Positions 52,070 to 59,907 of a stretch of DNA of 64,000 nt are shown here, piece by piece (positions within the stretch are counted from its first letter, which is position 1; every line of letters begins with the position of its first letter). The notes under the pieces were generated by a model. The model had not been told where the DNA came from. It did not search any database and worked only from the letters and a program-made list of their open reading frames with translations. Source of the DNA: Pseudonocardiaceae bacterium (GTDB taxonomy: Bacteria > Actinomycetota > Actinomycetes > Mycobacteriales > Pseudonocardiaceae); the NCBI GenBank assembly GCA_036501085.1, contig DASYAZ010000016.1:8954-72953 (forward strand), in the 5' to 3' direction. A program made the translations under genes and the position numbers.

Positions 52070-52687
52070 ATGTCACGACAGTCAGTAGTTGTTCAAATAG
52101 TCGAGCATATCTCGAAACAGATTGAGTCGGGGGGTTCACATCTGAGAGCGTGCCTGTCGGCCTTTTGCGAAGCAAAACCGAATCCCCGGGCGGTGTTAGA
52201 TCACTTAACGGGTCTCAACGCCAGCGACCAACAGGCCCTCTTCGACGGATCACATGAGACTACAACTCATTATAAATGGCTTCTCTATCGACAGTATTCA
52301 CCTTGGTTCACCCTATGGCTGCACGAGTACAAGCCGCGCCATTTGCAGCGGCTCGGGTACGCGCAAGTTCCACATAATCACCGGTACGACATTTCGTCAG
52401 TCATCCTAGCTGGCGGCTATGTCGCCAGCGCTTGGCAGCTCCTCGAGGACAACACAGTAGCGGCTACTCACGCGACACAGTTCCGCTTCGGCGACGTCAT
52501 ACAACTAAAGCATAATGAAATTCACAGCCTGGACAAGATCACGGAAGGCACGATAACATTAGTCGCGGAAGGCCATCGTATCAAGGGTGTCAGCCAGGCG
52601 TACTATCCAGGCCAGTCGCAGCCGCGACAATTCCCGGACTTCCCCCAACGGTGGCCGGAACTTGTCAGCCAGCTTGATCGTCACTAG
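52070..52687 (+). CDS. Cupin-like (double-stranded beta-helix, CDO/COG5553-like) protein in the low-GC island
   Basis: 205 aa. WFTLWLHEYKP...VPHNHRYDISSVILAGGY...EIHSL resembles the metal-binding HxH...H cupin pattern. GGAG SD. Assignment is tentative. Confidence 0.5.
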   Translation: MSRQSVVVQIVEHISKQIESGGSHLRACLSAFCEAKPNPRAVLDHLTGLNASDQQALFDGSHETTTHYKWLLYRQYSPWFTLWLHEYKPRHLQRLGYAQVPHNHRYDISSVILAGGYVASAWQLLEDNTVAATHATQFRFGDVIQLKHNEIHSLDKITEGTITLVAEGHRIKGVSQAYYPGQSQPRQFPDFPQRWPELVSQLDRH

Positions 52688-53396
52688 ACTCAAGGGTCCT
52701 CACCAGAGCCTGCACTTCTGGCGAAGCAAGCGAGACATTAATACATTCCCATAGGTGTAGGTTGGCATTTGCCCACTCCTCGTATCGACGTCGCGTCTCT
52801 TCGTCATAGAAGTAGATGCCTCTATCACGAAGTCGCACCTGGTCACGAAGGATCCGATCACACAATTCACGAATACTCTGACCTGTCTCCTCCATGTACT
52901 TATGTGCGAGAAGTACGGGAGTTATCGGCAGAGCCTTGAACAAGGTATCGGCATCGCTTAGCGCCTGCGCCTCTAGGCACGCGTGTTCGTCACGCGACTC
53001 TGTCTCCGCCTCAGAGATGACTTGCTCAATGCGGTCAACTAGCCATTCGCTTATACCAAGATCACCCAAGAGCTGTGCGCGCATCTGGCAAGCGACAGTA
53101 GCGCGCGAATTCCGCTGCAGCATGTAGTTCAGATCATGCAACAGTGCAGCTGCCTCGACAATCGTTACGTCAGCATTGTTCTTCAGCGCGAGGCTTACCG
53201 CCTTTGTCCGAACAAACTCGACGTGATGCCAACCATGAAAGGGCAATCCGGAAGCGAATTCCTGATACTGCCGCCGAACGGCGTGTTCGATCCGGCGAAG
53301 GGTCGCGGCCGTCAGCCCAATGCTGTCTCCAGAGAAGTCCACGTCGTCAATATCCGAGCGTTCGTAGGAACTCGCGGAGGCTTTTGCCGTATACAT
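52665..53396 (-). CDS. HD-domain phosphohydrolase in the low-GC island
   Basis: FHGWHHVEFV ... AALLHDLNY ... LSDADTLFK gives the H..HD..D pattern. An alternative GTG start at 53342 would remove the 50-nt overlap with the upstream gene. Confidence 0.7.
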   Translation of the reverse strand: MYTAKASASSYERSDIDDVDFSGDSIGLTAATLRRIEHAVRRQYQEFASGLPFHGWHHVEFVRTKAVSLALKNNADVTIVEAAALLHDLNYMLQRNSRATVACQMRAQLLGDLGISEWLVDRIEQVISEAETESRDEHACLEAQALSDADTLFKALPITPVLLAHKYMEETGQSIRELCDRILRDQVRLRDRGIYFYDEETRRRYEEWANANLHLWECINVSLASPEVQALVRTLESSDDQAG

Positions 53397-53745
53397 CGTA
53401 GCTGGCCCTCATCTTGGTCAGGTCACCGGCGTCAAACCTCTTGCCTGTGAGTGTTGTTAGATGCGCAAGCAGGTCGACATCTGCGTGCCGAGACTCGAAG
53501 CTTACCTTCCTCTCTGAAACCTCAAATCTCCGGGTCATCTCCTCCCGTAGTACCAGATAACACATCGACTCGCTACTAAATTGGACAGACTCTGGCATCT
53601 CCTTGCCAGCAGATTGCGGGCCATGGTACCAGGAAAGGAACACGGCATTGTCGGTTAGCTCCATCCGGTAAACGACCGTGTCGTTGGTGTAGACGATGTG
53701 AACCGGACACGACGTTCTGAAATCAAACAGAGAAACGATGGTCAT
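53347..53745 (-). CDS. Hypothetical protein (132 aa) in the low-GC island
   Basis: Protein-like composition, no motif recognised. Starts 2 nt after an upstream stop (TAG AG ATG). Confidence 0.5.
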   Translation of the reverse strand: MTIVSLFDFRTSCPVHIVYTNDTVVYRMELTDNAVFLSWYHGPQSAGKEMPESVQFSSESMCYLVLREEMTRRFEVSERKVSFESRHADVDLLAHLTTLTGKRFDAGDLTKMRASYDVYGKSLREFLRTLGY

Positions 53746-53880
53746 CTCTACTCTTTTCGGAAACGCTCATCAATTTGAGCCAACGTCAATCCTGACGAGC
53801 TTGCCCACTTTTCACGATCTGCCGCGCGTCGTATAATCGAAGAATCCAAGCCTGGATCGATCATGCTTACTCGGACCGCA

Positions 53881-54378
53881 CTAGGGCATCTGGGCACCAT
53901 TCGTAGTCGTGCTGCCACATACCTGGCACTGGGGACCATAAAAGTCATAGACTGGGCTGCCGTTGAGGCTCTCCATGAGCGCCTGATTGAATGCCACGCC
54001 GAAGGTCTGCGATGCTGGATACTCTGCAACCGGCAGATAACGCGGATGCAATTCCCCGATCCTCTTGAAAACCTCTTCCCCTTGGCGCTGCAATGTTTCA
54101 TCAAGTGCATCGCGCTGGTTGCGGTCGAGTACCCAAGTGGCGAAAGCGGCAAATACGAGGGCGAAAAGCGCGGACGCGATCAAGTTGAGACCGAGAGCAA
54201 AACGCGCCTCAGAGGATCCGATGTCGCCGTTGCCGATGACGAGCACAAGTCCGATCAATAAAGCGACAACGACGGCGAATGCTGTCGCGTAGAGTGATAG
54301 CCAGCGGCGAGCCCACACTGCGGGGGCTTCGCTGCGATCGCTGTTCGGTCGCGACGTTTTCCTCCTCATCGGCACCAC
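53881..54378 (-). CDS. Membrane-anchored hypothetical protein in the low-GC island (possible frameshift into 53748..53880)
   Basis: Basic N-terminus, two hydrophobic helices (WLSLYATAFAVVVALLIGLVLVI; ALGLNLIASALFALVFAAFATWVL), then a soluble part. A different frame stays open down to 53748 and ends exactly at the next gene. Confidence 0.5.
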   Translation of the reverse strand: MVPMRRKTSRPNSDRSEAPAVWARRWLSLYATAFAVVVALLIGLVLVIGNGDIGSSEARFALGLNLIASALFALVFAAFATWVLDRNQRDALDETLQRQGEEVFKRIGELHPRYLPVAEYPASQTFGVAFNQALMESLNGSPVYDFYGPQCQVCGSTTTNGAQMP

Positions 54379-54561
54379 CTTGTCCTTGTCAGGCTTGCAA
54401 TGCTATCGACGACGGCCGCAGAGGTCGTTCCGGCTCTTGTGGACGTTCGGAGTGGGTCCACTGAGTTCTGCCGGGACGGGCACGTGGGCGGTCCGCCAAG
54501 AGCACCACGTACCGTCCGAGACTGCGCTCGGGATGGGGCGGCCCCGACCGGCCGCCCCCAT

Positions 54562-54625
54562 CCCGACATGGAGACATATCGGGGTATACGAGGGCCGTTT
54601 GACCCCGATATGTCTCCATGTCGGG
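54562..54625. repeat. Palindromic repeat element, copy 2 (perfect 24-nt arms, 16-nt loop)
   Basis: cccgacatggagacatatcggggt-atacgagggccgtttg-accccgatatgtctccatgtcggg. It lies between the low-GC island and the histidine kinase stop. Confidence 0.85.
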
Positions 54626-54633
54626 GAAAGGGG

Positions 54634-55653
54634 TTAGTCGGGGGCGAGGGGGAGGAGGACTTCGAAGCGGCAGCCGGGGCCGTGGTTGGTGGCTGCGACC
54701 CGGCCGCAGTGGGCTTCGACCAGGCCTTTCGTGATGGCTAGGCCCAGGCCGGCACCGGATTCACCGGCAGGCACCGGAGTGCGTGCGGCGTTGCCGCGGT
54801 AGCCGATGTCGAAGACCCGGTCCAGGTCGGTCTCCGGAATGCCACCACACCCGTCATCGACCCGCAGCCAGGCCTGCCCGTCGCGAGCTCCCGCCGCAAC
54901 CACCACGGTGCCATCCGGCGGCGTGTGCCGGATGGCGTTGGACAGCAGGTTGCGCACCACCCGGGCCAGCTCGGGGTCGCTACCCTGGACCACCGGCCAG
55001 TCGCTGCCGGCATCGGCCTGCAGCCGGACACCCTTATGCGCGGCGGTGGCCGCTTCGGCGGCCACCGCCTCGGAGACGACCTCGCCCAGCGGGATTGCGG
55101 ACAGCGTCAGTTGCAGCGCCCCGGAGCTGATCCGGGAGAGCTGGAACAGATCGTCGACCATGCCGCTGAGCCGCTGGGTCTGCTGCCCGATGCGGTGCGC
55201 GTAGGTAGCCACCTCGGCCGGGTCGGTCACGACGCGGTCAGCCAGCGCCTCGGTCATCGCGCGGATCCCGGCCAGCGGGGTGCGCAGGTCGTGGCTGATC
55301 CAGGCGACCAGCTCGCGCCGGGCCGCTTCGGCCGCCCGATCCCGGGCGTGGGCTTCCCGCTGCCAGGTCACCTCCTGCGCGATGGCGCGCCCCAGCAACA
55401 GCCCGGCCGGCACGGTCACCGCGGCGACCGCGGCGGCCACCGCGAGCTCGGTGGTCAGCACCGGTCCGAACATCCACCCGTTGACCCCGAGCACCCCGGC
55501 CAGGGTCGCGACCACCGGCACGAGCACCAGCACGGTCACCGCCGCAGTGATCGAGTACCGGCGCATGCGGTGCAGCAGCAGCGCGCCGAGCAGCGCCACC
55601 GGCAGGGTGCACAGCAGCGCGACCAGGCCGACGTGGCGCAGTTCGTCGAGCAC
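54634..55653 (-). CDS. Sensor histidine kinase (HisKA plus HATPase_c), two TM helices
   Basis: H-box [14 protein letters not shown]-box [15 protein letters not shown]-boxes VDDGCGGIP and GAGLGLAI. Start set to GTG 55653, 8 nt after GAGGAG; GTG 55662 is also possible. Confidence 0.85.
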   Translation of the reverse strand: MLDELRHVGLVALLCTLPVALLGALLLHRMRRYSITAAVTVLVLVPVVATLAGVLGVNGWMFGPVLTTELAVAAAVAAVTVPAGLLLGRAIAQEVTWQREAHARDRAAEAARRELVAWISHDLRTPLAGIRAMTEALADRVVTDPAEVATYAHRIGQQTQRLSGMVDDLFQLSRISSGALQLTLSAIPLGEVVSEAVAAEAATAAHKGVRLQADAGSDWPVVQGSDPELARVVRNLLSNAIRHTPPDGTVVVAAGARDGQAWLRVDDGCGGIPETDLDRVFDIGYRGNAARTPVPAGESGAGLGLAITKGLVEAHCGRVAATNHGPGCRFEVLLPLAPD

Positions 55654-55666
55654 CGCGCTCACTCCT

Positions 55667-56407
55667 CTATCTGATTGCCGGCTCAGCCGGCGGCATCTGA
55701 TTTGCCGGCTCAGCCGGCGCGCGGTCGTAGCGGTAGCCCACTCCCCACACCGTGGCGATCCGCCGGGGTGCGGTGGCGTCGACCTCCACCTTCTCCCGTA
55801 ACCGCCGCACATGCACGGTCACCGTGGAGTGGTCTCCGAAGGTCCAGCCCCACACCTGCTCCAGCAGTTCGCTGCGGGTGAAGGCCCGGTCCGGGTGCTG
55901 GATGAGGAAGGCCAGCAGGTCGAACTCCCGCACGGTGAGCGCCAGCTCCCGGCCGCCCCACACGGCGCGACGGCCGGCGATATCGACTACCAGATCACCG
56001 TCGATGACCGGCGGTACCTGGATCACCGGCTGCGCAGACCGGGCCCGGCGGAGCACCGATCCCACCCGCAGCACCAGCTCCCGGGGGCTGAACGGTTTGG
56101 TGATGTAGTCATCGGCACCCATTTCCAGCCCGAGGATGCGGTCCTCCTCCTCGCCCAGCGCGGTGAGCATCACCACCGGTACCGGGCCCGCGGCCCGTAA
56201 CTGCCGGCACACCTCCAGCCCGGGCAGCCCGGGCAGCATGAGATCGAGTACCACCAGGTCGGGCGGGGTCGCCTCAGCCGCGCGCAGCGCCTGCTCACCG
56301 TCGCCGGCCACCGTGACCCGGTAACCGGCACGGCCGAGGTACCGACTGACCACGTCGCGCACCAGCACGTCGTCGTCGACGACCAGCACCGCCCCGGCCG
56401 CGCTCAC
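55667..56407 (-). CDS. OmpR-family response regulator
   Basis: VLVVDDD...[11 protein letters not shown]...ITKPF receiver, and a winged-helix C-terminus ([19 protein letters not shown]). GTG 56407 overlaps the upstream TGA. The C-terminus carries a 27-nt tandem duplication. Confidence 0.88.
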   Translation of the reverse strand: MSAAGAVLVVDDDVLVRDVVSRYLGRAGYRVTVAGDGEQALRAAEATPPDLVVLDLMLPGLPGLEVCRQLRAAGPVPVVMLTALGEEEDRILGLEMGADDYITKPFSPRELVLRVGSVLRRARSAQPVIQVPPVIDGDLVVDIAGRRAVWGGRELALTVREFDLLAFLIQHPDRAFTRSELLEQVWGWTFGDHSTVTVHVRRLREKVEVDATAPRRIATVWGVGYRYDRAPAEPANQMPPAEPAIR

Positions 56408-56871
56408 CGGGCACCGCGCGGAGCGGAACTGGCGTGCGCCATGGTCGCCCGCACCGTCAGGATGACAGCGGAGATCACGAAGAGCGTCGCGGTCACGGCC
56501 AGCCAGCGGGGCAGGAACGGTTGCGCCGACAAGCCGGAGGCCGTGTGGTACGAGGCCGAGGACAGTTGCAGGATCAGCGGGGACCAGACCAGCAACAGCA
56601 ATCCGGAGATCACCGCGGGCACCCGCAGGTAGTTCAGCCACGGCACGCCGGCCACGGTAGCCAGCTCGGGGTGGCGGCGCAGCAGCAGCACCAGCGCGGC
56701 GTCCACCCCGGCGTACAGCGGGAAGAGCACGAGGTCGTGGACGACAGCACTGCCGACGAACCAGGCACCGGTCCCGATCGGGTGGCCGGCCAGCAACCGG
56801 AATCCGGCGTAGCCGGCGAGGAGGAAACTGGCCAGCAGCGCGAGCAGTTGGGTGATCTCGCGGCGGGTCAC
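56404..56871 (-). CDS. Integral membrane protein, translationally coupled between the Mo-oxidoreductase and the response regulator
   Basis: 155 aa from GTG 56871 (GTGA overlap with the upstream stop). 4-5 hydrophobic helices. Confidence 0.6.
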   Translation of the reverse strand: MTRREITQLLALLASFLLAGYAGFRLLAGHPIGTGAWFVGSAVVHDLVLFPLYAGVDAALVLLLRRHPELATVAGVPWLNYLRVPAVISGLLLLVWSPLILQLSSASYHTASGLSAQPFLPRWLAVTATLFVISAVILTVRATMAHASSAPRGAR

Positions 56872-58184
56872 TGCTGCCCCGCCGGAGGCTGGAACGTCAT
56901 CCGGGAGACCCACTTGGTGTTGTGCACGCCGGGCAGGGCCGGCACCACCACCCGGGCCGGGAAGCCGTGATCGGCGCTCAGGTCCGCGCCGTTGACCCGC
57001 AGAGCAAGCAACGCATCGGAAGCCCGCACCTGCCCCGCGGATAGCGTCGCCGAGCCGAAACCACCCCCGCGCTGCAAGGACTCGACGAACAAGGCGGCAT
57101 CCGGCCCGGCGCCGGCCAGGTCCGCGAGGTCAGCCAGCCGCACCCCGGTCCAGGTCTGCACGCCGGTGGACCAGCCCTCCACGCAGGCGATCGGCAACCG
57201 GGCGGTGTGCTGCGGCAGGGCGAGCAGCTGCGCGCGGGACAGCGCCACGCGCTGGGCGCCGGTGAGCTCCAACCGCCAGCTGGTATCGACCGATCCCACA
57301 CCCGCGTCGACGGCGGTCTTGTTCACCTGGAAATCAACCGGGCCCGCGCCGGTGCCCTGACCGCGGGGGGCCAGCAAGGCACTCGAGCGCGCCGCGCCGC
57401 CGATGCTCTGCCCCACGCTGAGCCCGAACAGGGCCAGCGAGCCGGCGGCCACCATTCCCAGCGCGCCGCGCCGGGAGATGGTCGGCGGGGCGGGATCGTC
57501 GGAGACCAGATGATCGGGATCAGCCTGCCCTGAGGCCTCGGCGACGGTCTGGCTCACCGGGGTGCGCAATTCCTGGCGCAGGCTGCGGGCCCGCAGCGCG
57601 CTGACCATCCGGGGCAACCGGAATGCCACATGCACGACGAACGCGGCGATGAACACCCAGGCCCCGTAGTAGTGCGCCTGGTAGAAACCGAACGGCCATG
57701 CGTAGTAGTACTGGATGTTCATCACCCCAGTGACCAGCTCGAACACCGCACCACCGACGAGCAGCAGCAGCGAAGCGCGCTCGACGAGGTGGGTGAGCGA
57801 GCGGGCCGGCGGCCACTCGAACAGCTTGGGCAGCACCGACCACAGCTTGGCCAGCACGATCGGGATGAGCACCAGCCCGAGTGTCACGTGCACGCCCTGG
57901 GTCACCCAGTACAGCCAGGACGGTCCGGCCGGCCAGCCCGGCAGCCAGGAACCGAGCAGCCCCTTGTCGGGGGTGGTGTCGTTGCCCGGCGCCAGGTTGG
58001 GGTTATAGGCGGCGTAGGAGGCCAGGCCGGTAAGGAACATCAGCGTGATACCGGGGAGCAGCGCCGCGCTGAGCACCGCGGTGAACCACGGGCCACGCAG
58101 CGGGCTGCGCCAGAACCCGGGCCGGAACGGACCCGGCGGGCGATGCTCGGTGGCGCGATGAACCCACCGATCCAGCACGGTCAT
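56868..58184 (-). CDS. Membrane-anchored molybdopterin-dependent oxidoreductase (sulfite-oxidase/YedY-fold C-terminal domain)
   Basis: 438 aa. The N-terminal roughly 200 aa have 4-5 TM helices (cytochrome b/ferric-reductase-like) and the C-terminal part is a soluble oxidoreductase_molyb-like domain (CVEGWS motif). Confidence 0.7.
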   Translation of the reverse strand: MTVLDRWVHRATEHRPPGPFRPGFWRSPLRGPWFTAVLSAALLPGITLMFLTGLASYAAYNPNLAPGNDTTPDKGLLGSWLPGWPAGPSWLYWVTQGVHVTLGLVLIPIVLAKLWSVLPKLFEWPPARSLTHLVERASLLLLVGGAVFELVTGVMNIQYYYAWPFGFYQAHYYGAWVFIAAFVVHVAFRLPRMVSALRARSLRQELRTPVSQTVAEASGQADPDHLVSDDPAPPTISRRGALGMVAAGSLALFGLSVGQSIGGAARSSALLAPRGQGTGAGPVDFQVNKTAVDAGVGSVDTSWRLELTGAQRVALSRAQLLALPQHTARLPIACVEGWSTGVQTWTGVRLADLADLAGAGPDAALFVESLQRGGGFGSATLSAGQVRASDALLALRVNGADLSADHGFPARVVVPALPGVHNTKWVSRMTFQPPAGQQ

Positions 58185-58219
58185 GCCACTACGCTAGCGT
58201 TATTGCAGGTGAGGAGGGC

Positions 58220-58861
58220 TTACCGTCCGCTTACGTGAAGCAGCTCGATGAAGCAGCGGCCCGCGCGGTAGCGCTCCCCGGCCTGCAGACCGGCCACCCC
58301 GGCGATGGCGGCCAGCGCGGGTAGCCCGGCCACCGCCCACGGGAACCAGGGTCCCGCGGCGCTGCCGGAAATCTGAAGCCTGGCCGCCCCCCGCCACAAC
58401 CCGGCAACCGGATGTTCCGCCGCCTCGACCAGCATGGTCCCCCCGCGCCGGAGCAAGGCAGCGCAGCGGCGCAGCAGCCGCACCGGGTCACCGCCGATGC
58501 CGATGTTGCCATCGGCCAGCAGGACGTGGTGCCACCGTCCCTCACCGGGCAACGTGGCGAACACGTCGCGGTGCAGCACTGCGGCACCCCGGGAGTGGCA
58601 TTGTCGGACCGCCCACGGCGAGCAGTCCACCCCCAGCGCCGGGACGCCGCGCCCGGTGAGCTCGGCGACCAACCGACCCGGGCCGCACCCCAGGTCCACC
58701 GTCGGTCCGGTGCAGCGGTTCAGCAGCCAGCTGTCCTCCCCCGCGGCCGGAGCCAGCCATCGCTGGGGAGCCACCGGCAGCACCCGCCCGTCATCGCCGA
58801 TGAGCTGGGCGGACCGGCTGACCAGGGCCGGATCGAAGACCGCGGTGTGCCCGGCGATCAC
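58220..58861 (-). CDS. Class I SAM-dependent methyltransferase
   Basis: TVDLGCGPGRLVAEL motif I. GTGA overlap with the upstream gene. Confidence 0.8.
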   Translation of the reverse strand: MIAGHTAVFDPALVSRSAQLIGDDGRVLPVAPQRWLAPAAGEDSWLLNRCTGPTVDLGCGPGRLVAELTGRGVPALGVDCSPWAVRQCHSRGAAVLHRDVFATLPGEGRWHHVLLADGNIGIGGDPVRLLRRCAALLRRGGTMLVEAAEHPVAGLWRGAARLQISGSAAGPWFPWAVAGLPALAAIAGVAGLQAGERYRAGRCFIELLHVSGR

Positions 58862-59637
58862 CGGTGGATCTCCAACGCGGCCACCGCGGCGGCGAAGCGG
58901 CCACCGGGCGCACCGGCTGCCACCATGGCAGCGTCCGCCCAGGTGTCCACATCGGAGAGTTCAGGCAGATCGGCCACCCGGCATCCGGAGGCCCGCAGCG
59001 CGGCCAGGGTCTGCTCCCCGGTGTCCGGGCAGGACGTCGGAACTCCGGCGATCAGCTCCGCGAGCTCGGGATGCCGTACCCCGAGAATCCACCACCCGCC
59101 ATCACAGGCCGGCCCGAGCGCGGCATCCACGCCATCCCCGTCGAGCACGTCGAGGCAGTGGTTCAACAGCGCCGCATCGACCTGCGGGGTGTCCATGCCG
59201 ATCTGCAGCACCGGGCGGTGGCCGGCCACCGCGGCGGTGTCGGCGTAGGCGGCGGCGATCCGCTGGCCCAGCGTCACACCACGCTGCGGCAACACCGTGG
59301 TGTTGCGCAGTTGCTCGGCCAATGCGGCACCGTCCACCGCGCGAGCCAGATCGCCGGTGAGCGCCACCACCGGCGCCACGTCCGGCACCGCCAGCACCGC
59401 ATCCAGGGTGTCCCGAAAGGCCGCTGCGGCGATCCGGGCGGCCTGCTCAGCGGTGGCCGGGGGACACATCCGGGTCTTGACCTCCCCCGGTACCGGTGCC
59501 TTGGCGAGCACCAGCAGCACCGCGCGCGGGGCGGTCAGCGCCGCGCTCCGATTCCTTCGTGCCGCGGTGCGGTTCCCTCCTGCCAGGGCAGTACCACCTG
59601 GACACGCTGCATGACGATCACCCCTCGCCTCCCACAT
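58858..59637 (-). CDS. DUF2064 (TIGR04282-like, nucleotidyl/glycosyltransferase-fold) protein; true start probably GTG about 59520
   Basis: VLLVLAKAPVPGEVKTRMCPP is the canonical DUF2064 N-terminus. The 39 upstream codons of the track ORF look non-coding. Confidence 0.7.
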   Translation of the reverse strand: MWEARGDRHAACPGGTALAGGNRTAARRNRSAALTAPRAVLLVLAKAPVPGEVKTRMCPPATAEQAARIAAAAFRDTLDAVLAVPDVAPVVALTGDLARAVDGAALAEQLRNTTVLPQRGVTLGQRIAAAYADTAAVAGHRPVLQIGMDTPQVDAALLNHCLDVLDGDGVDAALGPACDGGWWILGVRHPELAELIAGVPTSCPDTGEQTLAALRASGCRVADLPELSDVDTWADAAMVAAGAPGGRFAAAVAALEIHR

Positions 59638-59907
59638 TGCGGGATATTGTCCCCCATCGCCAGCGTCGCTGACCCTTGCCTCTCGGTGACATTCGGCGAG
59701 CGACCAGCGCAGAGTTCACCGCGGCTCACTTCCCCCTGCTTCTCCTCCCGGAGGGAGGTGCGCGCCGGCGCCCGCTCGTAGCGTGCTAGGGCGGCTCAGA
59801 TGATCACGAAATCAGGCACGGCGCAGGTGACCAACCCGAGTACCAGCTCCAGCCGGACCGCAACCTAGCACTGGATCTGTTTGCGGGACACCGGGGCAGC
59901 CGGGAGA

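Noticed and set aside
59521-59907. Possible riboswitch or leader in the 270-390-nt region upstream of the DUF2064-methyltransferase operon.
   Set aside because: I looked for B12-box, SAM, TPP and other cores I know and found none. Only short GC hairpins are present (e.g. cctccc-gga-gggagg at about 59743-59757). It is left as ordinary promoter/5' UTR sequence.
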